Positions 1-10,566 of a stretch of 64,000 nucleotides of DNA are shown piece by piece. The translations under genes and the position numbers were made by a program. Source of the stretch: Pelagomonas calceolata (lineage: Eukaryota). The stretch covers positions 4,650,001 to 4,714,000 of the forward strand of contig CAKKNE010000002.1 of NCBI GenBank assembly GCA_918797485.1. Direction: 5' to 3'. Every line of letters starts with the position of its first letter. The first letter of the stretch is position 1. A model generated the notes under the pieces. That model saw only the letters and a list, made by a program, of their open reading frames with translations, searched no databases and was not told where the DNA came from.

Positions 1-3000
1 ATGAGCGGCATCCCGCGCAGTAGGGAAGGCGAGCTCCTCAAAAAAGAAAAGGGCCCCTTGGGAGCGAAGTGGACGCGGAAACTCGTCGTTGTTGATGGAA
101 GAAAAGGCACGGTAAGGTATCATCGGCCGACGGACGACAAGAGCGATGTTCCCAGAAAAATCTTCCATTTGAAGTCCATGACGCTCATTGAAGATTGCAT
201 GGGCCCGAAGAAAGCCCCCCACGCTCTAGAATTGAGGGATCTCAAGGGCTATTCTCTTATTTTAGCTTGCGAGAGAGGTGCAGGAGAAAAAGAGGCCTGG
301 CGGAGCCTGTTAGCACCCTTATGTGCGGGCGGCACGCCTGTTGCTGCAGCTCGCACGGCATCGACGGACTGGGTCGATCCACAATCAAAACCACCGGAGG
401 AGGACGAGCCGTGGCCCGTGCCGCAAACTTTTGACAGTGCTCTGGCCAAGCCGTTCGAGACCTACGAGGCGACCTTCCTGCCGGACCAACCGCTGGGTAT
501 CCAACTACGACTCGAACCGGAGGTGGATGGGAAGCGCGCCATCCTCGTGCTCGAGGTCAAGGACACGTGTCCGCAGAAAGGTACTATACAATCGGGCGAC
601 GAGTTGGTAGGGGTACAAAATGAACCGCCCTTGACACCACGAACGACCGATGAATTCAAGAAGTGCACGACCGAACTGGCGCGAAAACCGAGACCATTGG
701 TACTAGTTTTCCGGCGGGAGGTCAGTGAGACGCCGTTCGACGAGCCCGACGACTCGCCCAAGGTCCGCGACGCAGCGTCCTTACGCCATCGACGCGACTC
801 GGCTCCATCTTCTGAGCCAATTCATTCGCGTCGGGGCCTCGCGTCAATGGCGTCTTCACGAGACCGCGCCGCCGCGACGCCGTCATAATGATCACAACGC
901 AGGCGCCCTCCTTCGACGAGGCCCCTCCTTCACATGTCGTGGACGAGCCCGTGCGGCTGAACGCGACGTGCGAGCAGCCGCCTACGTCGTTAACTCTCTG
1001 TTTGGCTCGTAGTGATGAATTTTCGCGCGCGTGTGTCCGAGTCGAGAAAGGATCATGTGCTGGGTTACAGGTATTAGATGACCTCGTGGCCCTGGACGCG
1101 GAGGACCTGACGCTCGTCGACGCGGAGACAGCTCTAGAACGCCTGACGCAGCGATTGATGCGGGGACCCTTTCCTTGCAGGGTCGGCGTGCTGAGGAGGC
1201 CGAGCGTCTTCAGCCTCGAGTTCCCCGACGACGGGAGGCCTCTTGGTGTCGTATTACGACTGATAACACCTCCCACGGGCGGCGCGTCGCGCGTTCTAGT
1301 GGAGAGTATACATAGAGACGACGGGCCGGCGGGGGAATTAGAACCGAGGAATGATGAATTGGTGGCGATCGAGGGCGAGCCCATTGGCCGGGACTGCGGG
1401 CCGGCCGACTTTGATGCTTTATTACTCAAATTGAAGGGTGCTGCAAGACCGCTCAAACTCACATTCGTGCGCGCGGGGAGCATGTCCCAGGACCCGCGCG
1501 ACGCCACGATTTATGGAAGAGCCGTCATCGAGGAGCCGCCTGTATCCTTCGAGGAAACCAGAGCGGCGGCGATGTCGCCGTCAGCGGCCTTCGGGGCTCC
1601 GGTCGATCCCGTGGCAGCAGATGATGGAAGTGACTGGGGCGACCCTCCTCCTTCAACGGACGATTCTTCATCCGACGAGGGCGCCGCAATTGGTGTGGAT
1701 GCGAACATCGTGGAAGTCTCCGACGACGCGGCGGCCGTCTCTGATGAAGAGCCGCCGCCTCCACCCATCGTCGTGCCGCCGGTCGCCGACGTCCCGGCGC
1801 CGACGCCGTCGAAGCTCGCGGCATTTATGGCCAGCACGCCGAACCCCACGTCGCCGACCGCGTGAAAATCAAATTTCAGGCGTCTCACGCGACATGAGGA
1901 CCTCAATCACTGGTTGATGTCCACGCAGGTCGCCGAAGCCCACAAGTCAACAGACGCCGTCGCCGCCGCCGCCTCCCCAGGACGAGTCCCCGGGCGAACT
2001 TGGAAGGAGCGTCATCGAGCAGGTCGCGTCCTTCGGCGACGCGCCGTCGGCCGCGCTTGAGTTGGAGGCGGTACGGGCCGAGCTCGAGAGCAGCGCGCGA
2101 GCGTTGGCGCGGGCTCGAGAAGAGCGGTCCGCGGCGGTTCGGGAGCTGGAAGAGGTGGCCGAGGACGCGAAGGTGCAGCGGGAAAGAGTCGGGAAACTGG
2201 AGCAAGAAAGGAGAGCGTCGCTCGAGCTGCAGAGCGCGTCTGAACAGTTAAGTAAGCAGCGCGACTCTTTACAGTCTGAAGTGGAAGCGTTGCGCAATGA
2301 ACTCAAAGCGCGGGAAGAGAAGAACCGGGAGCTCGAGGCGTCGACGCGGGCGAGGGACGCGTCCCTAGAATCTCTACGCAAGAAGCTGTCCGAGGCCGAG
2401 AGCCGCACGACGAAGGCTGAACAGGCCGTCTTAGACAGACGGGCCTCGCTCGAGGTCGCGGAAGATCATGTGAGGGCGGTCTCGGCGGCGGCGCCGATGG
2501 CGGTTGCGGCGGCGGCGCCGAGGGCGGACGCCGCTGCGGCGCCGAGGACGGATGCCGCGGCGGCGCCACCGGAGAACGTCCGAGCTTCCGGAATCGAGGC
2601 CGTAATAGCCGACGACTACGTGAACGGGGACTGCTCTGGAGAAGACTTAGCTCAATTGTTACAAAACTGCGTCTCACCCCCTCCCTCCAAGGTAGAGTTG
2701 GTCACAGCATTGATCAGGGTCGTGCCCGATTCATTGACCCAACCCTTCTGGTGCGATGCGGACGAGGCCGGACATGCTCTCGCACAAGCGGAAGGGGACT
2801 GGGTCGCCGTGCTCGATACGGTTGTAGAAGCCGTAGCACCAAGTTTTGAAGCATCACTACCCTTACTTTTCGGCGAAATAATGAAATTAGCTGATGAGCC
2901 TCGCAAGAAATTAAGTGAGTGGCGCCGGAAGGCCGCCGACATCTCGACGCAAATCAAGCACGACAAGCGTACCGTAAATGCCGAAGCGCTGCGGAGGACG

Positions 3001-5358
3001 GACGCGTGGTTTGATGGGGACTCGGAACCGTCCCAGGAGCTCGAGCCGGTGCTGGAGGCGGACCACGAGACCGTCGAGAGCGTCGATGATGATGATGATG
3101 AGGTTAATGAGACGGAGCTATCTGTCGCGAGTGAGTTAAGGAAGGCGCTGGAGGTAAACGCGTCCCTCGATGACCGCGGCGCGTCGCTCGCGAAGAAGGT
3201 CGCGTTGATCAAGCCGCGGCCGCGCGGCGCGAAAGTGCTAGAAGCTTTGTTAGAGCAGTGCGAACCGTCCCTGATCTTCGGCGACGCCAACGCGACCTGG
3301 GGGCAGCCGGCGCGGTGTGGGGCTGCGTTGGAGGCTTTGTCGGAGTTCGACCCGTCCGAGCAGGCGCGCATGTGTCGCTGTCTAGAAAGGTACTGCGCGC
3401 GCCATGCACGGTCGGACGCTTTGTCATCGACACTGAGGAAGTTGGTCGATTACGACGTGCTCGAGGACCAGGGCGTGGACCTGTGGCGCGACCGCTGGGG
3501 CGACGACGCTCTCGTCGATGAGCCTACTACCTTCTTACCTTCGCCGCGAGCTGTTCTCCTGGAGCAGTCTGATGAGGAACCGGAGTCGCCGGTGGACCGG
3601 GCGATTCATGATGCTCGTCAGGACATCGAGGAGCGGGTCGAGGCGCGGCTCAACTCGCCGAAGCAGTCTCCCTCATCGGTGGCGTCGCCGCCGTCGCCGC
3701 AGCGGTCGCCGGCGTCGGCGTCGTCGCCGCAGCTGGAAGAAGCCTTAGAATCGGCGCGGAAGGCGTCGCAGGCCGCCGCCGAGGCCTTGGATGCGGCCAA
3801 TTCTTCCAGAGCCGAATCTAGAACTCTGAAAGCGAAGCTCGAGCGCGCCGCGTCGTCGGACCAGTTATCAGATTTGCAGAAGGAGACGTCCGCGTCTACC
3901 AGCAAAGCGTCCACCGAAGCCCAGAAAGCGAAGCTCCAGGCCGACGAGGCGTCGCAACGAGCTCAGCGCGCGGAAGAAGCCGCTCAAAGAGCTAGGGATG
4001 AAGCGCGGGAAGCGAGACAAGCGTTAGCTGTTGCGGTGGCGGAAGCCGACGAGCGCCAACGGGCCATGGAGGCGTCCGTCGAAGCTAGATCAGCGTTGGC
4101 CGCCAAGCGCGACGCCGAGGTCGAGGCGAAATTCGAGCGGAAGCTGGCCGCCTTGCAAGCGTTGGAGGAGCGGTTGTTAACTGCTGCGCGAGACGAGGCT
4201 TCTCGAGTCGCCGAGGAGAAGGCGTCGATTGTCGCCGACGAACGAGCTGCCAGAGTAGCGAGGGACGCTGCCGCGGAAGTCGGGGAACGGACGGCCTCCA
4301 TCGTCGAAGACCAGCAAAAGAAGCTCCAGGAGGAGGTCACGGACGCCAGTCGTAGGGTCGACGCAAAGTTCGCGGAACTCGACGAAAAAATAGTGGAGGC
4401 GACGACGCCGAGGCCCTTCCCGCCGCGGACGCCCGTCGCGCGGCCGCCGTCGTCGTCCTCCTCATCATCAGATGACGCCTGCGTCAATCTGGGAGAGTCG
4501 CTGGAATTACAGGCGCCCACCCAAACCGAGACGCCCGCGAAGTTGTCCGAAGTCGTCGGCTTGCCGTCTCGGGCGCAGTCGAAGCTCCGCGAACGGTTCT
4601 TGCGGTTACTGAGGCAGCCGTCGGGGCCTCTGCTAGATGATGAAGGTTGTCTCGTGCGCGTTCGGGTCGAGCACGGCTACGAAGGTAGTAAAGGAAGGTG
4701 CCGCGTGGAGGTGACGAATGTGTCTGATTCAGTCTTAGAGGACCTGAAGATCGACGCGTTCGCCGATGATGAGGAACCCACACTCATCGTGTCGACGCGG
4801 CTGGAGGAAGAGGCTTCGGATCTACAACCCGGCCAATCATTAACTTGCAGGGTCTCGTGCGCCTGCCGGGCGCCGTTTGTGGTCCCTCCGGAGCTCGCCG
4901 TGCGCTTCGAGAGTGAAGGAAAGAGGTACGCCTACGCTCTAAGGCTGCCGGTGGCCGTCACGTGCTTCGCGCAGCCGGATGGCTACAACGCGAGAGATGT
5001 GGGCGCGTTCCGGCGACGGTGGGACGAGTGCGGCGGGTTTGACGGTTCGGAGAAGCAGGTCGTCGTCGCGGCGCGCGGGGCCGTCGACGTCGACGCGCTG
5101 GACGACGTGCGCCAGCGCATTGTGGGAGGGGCGCTGCGCGGCGCGTTAGTCAGGGGCGCGGATCCGACGCCCGCGACGGCGACCGCCGCGTCGCTGATCA
5201 ACACGACGGACGACGGCGCGGTGGACGTGCTAGTGCGGTTGGAGGCGAACGCGGCGGCGCGGGCGTTCCGAGTGACAGTCCGGTCGCCGTCGCCCGCCGC
5301 CGCCGCGGCGTTCAAGAACGTGCTCCAGGCGCTGCTGACGTCGTACTTCGCCGTCTAG
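1..5358 (+). CDS. Multidomain trafficking-like protein: PH, PDZ-like repeats, coiled coil, W2-like segment, coiled coil, alpha-adaptin appendage-like C-terminus. Exons 1-762, 903-1849, 1929-5358
   Basis: Three ORFs join in frame after removing GT-AG introns 763-902 and 1850-1928. PH motifs (EGELLKK..KWTRKLVVV..EKEAWRSLL), PDZ-like PLGIQL/PLGVVL..GDELVGV, and a C-terminus resembling the AP2-alpha ear (FRRRW, GADPTP, LVRLEAN..FRVTVRS). ATG is at window position 1, so the true start is unverified. Confidence 0.75.
763..902 (+). other. Spliceosomal intron with internal inverted copies of the introner core motif
   Basis: AAG|GTCCGC...ACGCAG|GCG restores the frame. ACGCCATCGACGCGA at 783-797 and a near-inverse copy TCGCGTCAATGGCGT at 839-853. 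Confidence 0.8.
1850..1936 (+). mobile_element. Introner element (intron 1850-1928)
   Basis: 8-bp TSD GTCGCCGA at 1850-1857 and 1929-1936. Imperfect TIRs CCGCGTGAAAATCAA (1858-1872) / TTGATGTCCACGCAG (1914-1928). Splicing restores the frame. Confidence 0.85.
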
Positions 5359-5685
5359 GAGTGCTCTCTCCCGCCTCTTTAAGCGATTTTGATACATCTG
5401 GATACAAGTCTAGCGACTACAAGCACGGGTTTTTCACGCTAAAATAATAGCTTATTAGCTTGACGCACGCATATCGATACAACACTGCCGAGTCAGCGTT
5501 CGAGAGGCCACAACGCGATATATAGGACTCGCAACCGCAACAAAGCTCGTTGAACCAGCTCTCTCAAAAAAGTGCACTTTTGCCTGTTTGCAGCTAGCCA
5601 ATTATCCGTGGTCTAGTCCAGCGTTCGTTCGCGTGCGCGCTCAACGACTCCTATTTTTGCCAAGCGATCCGTATTCTGAACAGTA

Positions 5686-6473
5686 ATGGCGGACGTAGAA
5701 GCCGCCGCGACGGCGAGCGACGACGGCGGCGAACGGTGAGCGGCTGGGGGCTCGGTGTCCTGGAGTCGATTCTTATTGTCATAGTGATTGGCTTTTCGGT
5801 AGACTACACCGTCCATCTGGCCGATAGCTACATGCAGTCGCGCGCTATCGACCGCGAGGGCAAAGTTACGGACGCTCTGACGCACACCGGCATGAGTGTG
5901 CTGAGCTGTGTGGAAATCAACCAGTGTGTCGGGTGCACCCGACATTTTTCACTAAGTCATTTCTCGGTGATGACGTGACCGTGCTGGCTCCGTCGAGCGG
6001 TGACGAACCGGCATCGCCACGCCATCGAGCAGCCATCGCGTCGATGGCGTGGAGGACGACGCGACGATTCAGCACGAATACGCCGTAAAATTTTGATTTC
6101 GACACAGGTGCTGAGTGGGGCCATCTCGACCATCCTCGCGTCGATCCCGATGCTGTTCACGCAGATTATATTTTTCTACAAATTTGGCGTCTTCATCCTC
6201 CTGACGATCGTGTTGTCACTGATCTTCAGTCTGTTCTTCTTCGCCAGCGTTCTGGCGGAGATCGGCCCCGTCGGCAAGCGCGGCCAGGTGAGCCTGCTCT
6301 ACCGGGATTGTGTCAACCGTGCGAAGGCTGAGCTCGACGAGATGGACGAGGCGCAACGGCTCGTGGACGAACAGTCGGTGCGCAAGGAGGGCTCGGTCAA
6401 GCGGTCCTGGTCGCGGGCATCCGTCGACGACGCCCCGGCCGAGGAGTCCTCGCCCGCGCCCGTAGACCTCTAA
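5686..6473 (+). pseudogene. Dispatched/Patched (RND, sterol-sensing-like) family C-terminal fragment; most of the gene is missing
   Basis: GWGLGVLESILIVIVIGFSVDYTVHLADSY..THTGMS|VLSGAISTILASIPML..FYKFG..EIGP matches the Dispatched C-terminal TM block. It is preceded only by an out-of-frame 17-codon ATG ORF (5686-5739). Confidence 0.65.
5898..6115 (+). mobile_element. Introner element (intron 5898-6107)
   Basis: TSD GTGCTGAG at 5898-5905 and 6108-6115. TIRs CTGTGTGGAAATCAA (5906-5920) / TTGATTTCGACACAG (6093-6107). Highly similar to the element at 37555. Confidence 0.93.
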
Positions 6474-6502
6474 ACAAGATTCACATTACACCACATCCTA
6501 TA

Positions 6503-7948
6503 TCAACGCCGCCGCCGCGCCCGCGCCACCTCGCGCCTCCATAAATACGCCATCGACAGCCCCGGCACGCCGACGCGCGCGCCCAAGCCCCTTAACAACA
6601 GCGACACACGACACGTGAGCATGTACTTGCGCGGGATCTTCCGGACCTTCTCGCCGCGCTGCCGCTCGAAGTCGTTCAAGGAAAGGAGACCGCCATCGAC
6701 AATGTTACGGTCAAACAGTTGCGTCGCGAAGGTACACATATAATCCTCGTCCATCCTTTTCGAGGAGAAGCCCATGGCTTTGACCGCGTCGACAACACCT
6801 CCTCGATTGTTGTGATGGAGGTGATGATACAGGTCAGCCAACACCGCGACTTCTTGATCGTTATAGGAACAAGAGCACCCGTAGTCGATGAGGCCCAGGC
6901 GGCCGTCCTCGAGCACCATGACGTTGCCAGGATGCGGGTCGGCCGAGAAGCCCGGGGAATCCTCGCCGAAGATGAGGGCGCCCTGGGCCGCCGCGACCCT
7001 CTTGAGGGACACCACGGCCCGTCGTTGCAGCCGCCAGAGCCGCCAGCCCTTTACGAGGGCGTTGCTGCGTTGCGCTGCGTGAGCTTGCTCCTCGAGGTCG
7101 CTCCGCAGGCTTCGTCCGTTCAACCAGGCCATCGTGAGCACTTTTTGCGAGGAGAGCTCCGGGAGGGACGCGGGGACGGCGATTCTACGCGCGAGCCGGG
7201 GCCGCTTCGACCGCAAGTAACGTCCACACGCGTCCATCTGGGCCGCCTCTTTACGGTAGTCGAACTCGCCCTTTACTCTCATCCGAAATTCGTCGACCGC
7301 CGGTAACAGAGCCGGCTTCACTATGCGAAGAACGCGCCGCACGTTGCTCAGATCGGATAATACCAATTGGCGGCCGCCCGGATACATGACCTTCACGGCA
7401 ACCGTACGATTGTCGAGAGTTGTCGCTCGGTGGACCTGGCCGATCGATGCGGCACCGACAGGCTCAAGCTCAAAATGCCGGAAGCTCTCCTCGACGGGCC
7501 GCCCGAGCTCCCGCTCAAGGACGCGCTTCGTCACGCGCCAGGGCCGCGCCGGCGCGTCGTCCACCAAAACCTCCAACCTCGACACCCAGGGCGCCGGCAA
7601 GAGCTCCGGGAAGGCCGTCGATATCAATTGGGCCGATTTCACATAGGCGCCGCGCAGGTCCCGCACCAGACGCTCCATGCGCACCGCCGTGGCCTCGTGC
7701 ACGTCTTCCATCGGCGCGCGCGTGACGTAACGTACTGCGTACGCGCCACCGATGCGCAGCATTCCCGCTTGGAACCGCGCGCCCCGTCGCACGGGTCGTA
7801 CGCTTGTCGCGGCGGCGGCGGCGCCGAGCACTGCATAGCGCTTTCGGAAGCGCCAGTCGTCGTCGCCGTAGTTGGCACTACCGAAGCGCGTCTGGGGACG
7901 CAGGCCGATGCAGCGCGCTAGAACGAGGGCCGCGAGCCATGGCCTCAT
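6503..7948 (-). CDS. ABC1/UbiB (ABC1K/ADCK) atypical kinase with N-terminal signal-like peptide
   Basis: GAYVKSAQ, PVGAASIGQVHRA, VAVKVMYPG, EFDYRKEA, ADPHPGNV, LIDYG motifs; start chosen at MRPWLAALVLA. Confidence 0.88.
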   Translation of the reverse strand: MRPWLAALVLARCIGLRPQTRFGSANYGDDDWRFRKRYAVLGAAAAATSVRPVRRGARFQAGMLRIGGAYAVRYVTRAPMEDVHEATAVRMERLVRDLRGAYVKSAQLISTAFPELLPAPWVSRLEVLVDDAPARPWRVTKRVLERELGRPVEESFRHFELEPVGAASIGQVHRATTLDNRTVAVKVMYPGGRQLVLSDLSNVRRVLRIVKPALLPAVDEFRMRVKGEFDYRKEAAQMDACGRYLRSKRPRLARRIAVPASLPELSSQKVLTMAWLNGRSLRSDLEEQAHAAQRSNALVKGWRLWRLQRRAVVSLKRVAAAQGALIFGEDSPGFSADPHPGNVMVLEDGRLGLIDYGCSCSYNDQEVAVLADLYHHLHHNNRGGVVDAVKAMGFSSKRMDEDYMCTFATQLFDRNIVDGGLLSLNDFERQRGEKVRKIPRKYMLTCRVSLLLRGLGARVGVPGLSMAYLWRREVARARRRR

Positions 7949-8090
7949 CCTGGCCCCAGGAATGCTGCACGACTGCTCTGCTGCGCCGCGCTGTCCACAG
8001 CTGCAGCGCAGCGATGCGTTACGCTGCTGCTGCACAGCTGGTGCCCGTCGTGCAGCCCAGATGGCTACACAATGCCAAAGCCAGCAGCAG

Positions 8091-8111
8091 CTAGCGGCTG
8101 TAAGACACTAG
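8091..8111 (-). promoter_or_regulatory. CTAGTG..CGCTAG palindromic element in a divergent promoter
   Basis: Reverse complement CTAGTGTCTTACAGCCGCTAG (one base shorter than consensus), between starts at 7948(-) and 8302(+). Function inferred from position only. Confidence 0.6.
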
Positions 8112-8301
8112 CCAAAAAGCAAGCCAGTGCCGCGCCGCGCGCACAGCTGCAGCCACGCAGCGCTAACATTTGCCAGCGCGTATTCTTTGGCTCACTTGTA
8201 CACCGGACCGGTACGGACCGGTAGCACAAGCTTAGCGGCACGGAGAGGGCAGCGCATCACTTTGGTGCCAACCGCAGCCGCGCGTAGCACAGCAGTCAAA
8301 A

Positions 8302-9330
8302 ATGAAGAAGAACACCTTCATCCCCGAGGCCATGCGCGGCGTCTGCTTCGAGTGCGGCGCGCGCGGCCACTTCGGGCGGGACTGCCCCGTCCGTAAAGCA
8401 AATGACGGGCGGCGAGGCAAAAAACGCGTGCGCTTCAACCCCGAGGAGGACGTAGCAGAGGCGGCCGAGGTTGATGAGGGCCTCGAGCCCCGGACGGCCA
8501 TGGACGGAGATGTGGATGATGATGATGAGGACGACGACGTCCCGGTGCGCGCGATGAAAGATGAAATAGAAGGCGAGGAGAACGACACGGGCGAGCGCTA
8601 CAATGAGGTGGGCGAGCGCATCGAGCCCTTCAATCTGCGCGCGGAGCGGGCGAACGACGGGTTCTTCGACGCGAACGGCAATTTTGTGTGGAAGCGCGGC
8701 GACGCGGAGCCGGACGCGTGGCTCGCGTCCATGGACGAGGCCGCCGAGGAGGCGGCGGTGGGCGAGGCGTTGGCGCGTTCTACGAAGATGGAGGAGAGCG
8801 ACGGCGACGAGGAGCCCTCGCGAGAGCCTTCTGAGTTGATTGTGGAGCTTATACAACTACTGGAGCCGGGCGAGACCGTGGCGGCGGCGGTGCGGCGCGT
8901 CGGTCGATTGCTCAAGGGCGATAAATCAGTGCGGCCCACTTTTGAGCGGCTGACGGCCGCCGCGGACGCATTGGTGCGGAGCGGCCGCGGCGGCGTCTAC
9001 GAGGAGACGCGCGAGGAACTTGAAAAGACGGGCAAGCCGCCTCGTCTGATAGCGAAGCCCGACGATAGGAGACGATGGGAGTACTGGGCCAAGGACGGGA
9101 AGACCTACGGGCCGTATACCACCCAACAAATTTTAGATTGGCGCGCCGAGGGCTACTTCGCGGGCGACGGCGGTGTGCCGATGCGTCTCTACTCAGAACC
9201 GAAGGCCGCCGACGACCTCGCGGGCGACCTCGAGGACTCGGACGACGACGCGCCGGCGCCGGAAACGAAGTGGCTCCACTCCGACGACATCGACTTTCTG
9301 GGCGACGGGCAGGAGTCGCCGCTCCCCTAG
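8302..9330 (+). CDS. CD2BP2: CD2BP2/LIN1 (U5-52K)-like GYF-domain protein with N-terminal CCHC zinc knuckle
   Basis: IEPFNLRAE..GFFDANGNFVW, DAWL, LEPGETV, and GYF domain WEY..YGPYTTQQILDWRAEGYF; CFECGARGHFGRDC at the N-terminus. Confidence 0.85.
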   Translation: MKKNTFIPEAMRGVCFECGARGHFGRDCPVRKANDGRRGKKRVRFNPEEDVAEAAEVDEGLEPRTAMDGDVDDDDEDDDVPVRAMKDEIEGEENDTGERYNEVGERIEPFNLRAERANDGFFDANGNFVWKRGDAEPDAWLASMDEAAEEAAVGEALARSTKMEESDGDEEPSREPSELIVELIQLLEPGETVAAAVRRVGRLLKGDKSVRPTFERLTAAADALVRSGRGGVYEETREELEKTGKPPRLIAKPDDRRRWEYWAKDGKTYGPYTTQQILDWRAEGYFAGDGGVPMRLYSEPKAADDLAGDLEDSDDDAPAPETKWLHSDDIDFLGDGQESPLP

Positions 9331-9395
9331 CCGGTCGCGCCGCGTAAAAACTAATGTGGTCTCTACTGCCCGCCCGGATTTGAGAAACAGTGTAC

Positions 9396-9522
9396 TTAGT
9401 AGTCGTCGCCGCCGCCGCCGTCGCCGAACATGTCCATGCCGCCGCCCATGTCGATCTCCTCCTCCTCTTCCTCCTCCTTCTTCTCCTCCTCGGCCGCGGC
9501 CCCGCCGCCGCCGCCGCCGCCC

Positions 9523-9554
<32 letters not shown>

Positions 9555-9758
9555 CATGGGCACGTCCTTGATCTTCTCCATACCCGCGTCGATGACCGCT
9601 GCGAGCTCCTTGCCCTCCATGTCCTTGATGAGTGCCGCGATGCTCTCCTCGTCGGGCTCGGCCTTGCCGCCCGCGACGACGACGGCCTTGACCTGGTCCG
9701 CCGTCGGCTTGGCGTTGCCGCCTAATACAAGCATCGTGTACGCCGCGGCGTTCTCCAT
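9396..9758 (-). CDS. RPLP2: 60S acidic ribosomal protein P2
   Basis: AAYTMLVLGGNAKPTADQVKAV..MEGKELAAVIDAGMEKI, hinge, acidic EEEKKEEEEEE tail. Confidence 0.9.
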
Positions 9759-9899
9759 GGTGCGCGTCCGAACGGTACAGCGGTCCGCAGCGTCGGGCGC
9801 AGCGAACGAATTAAGCCGTACCTGCGGGGGCGGGCGGTGAGCGGGCTTGCTGCCTCTCGTTTCTCTCGTCTGCGCCGCTGCGCCGCGCTCCTGCGCCGT

Positions 9900-9996
9900 T
9901 CGCTCTCGCTGCACCGCGGCGGCGGCGTCGCGCAGCGTTCCCGCGCCGCTCGCTCTCGCTGCACCGCGGCGGCGGCGTCGCGCAGCGTTCCCGCGC
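9900..9996. repeat. Direct tandem duplication, 50-bp period, upstream of RPLP2
   Basis: TCGCTCTCGCTGCACCGCGGCGGCGGCGTCGCGCAGCGTTCCCGCGC at 9900 and 9950. Confidence 0.9.
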
Positions 9997-10566
9997 TTCT
10001 CGCTGCCGCTGGTAGCGCTGCGACGGCGTCTAGCGGCGTTCCAGCGGCCCCAGGCTGGGTGTGCTGATTACGCCGCGAGATGAAGCGCTGGCGGCGAGAT
10101 TTTTGCACGATGGCTGGCGACGAGAGATTTTTGGACCAGTGGCGACCTTCTTTTTTGCTTGCGGGTCGATATAGGGACGCAGCGGCGTACAGTTTGATGC
10201 TATCGCGGCGCAAGGGCGAGCGTCGCGGGTTTTCTTGCCGAGAGAAATCGCACACATTTGGACGATTGCTCCATCGAGCCATGCGAAAGATCCCTCAATA
10301 GACAATAAAATTTTAAAGGCTAGAGCACAGGTTTGCAAGGCATATTTGCGCTCGGCTAAGCCGCGCCCGAGGTAAAATCAGAAGCTGGCACGCGAGATTT
10401 GCATATATTATAGCTGCGACATGCAGCTTGCAAAAAAGGCCGACGCCCATCGGCCAGCGGCCTTTAAAAAGGCTCTCAGGCTATATGGGGCCCGTGAGGA
10501 GCAGCAGCGCGCCCTCCACGGTCCACAGCGATAAGATGAGATCGACGTCTAGACCGACGACGACTT

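Noticed and set aside
885..890. TAATG stop/start overlap between the first two ORFs
   Set aside because: Lies inside predicted intron 763-902.
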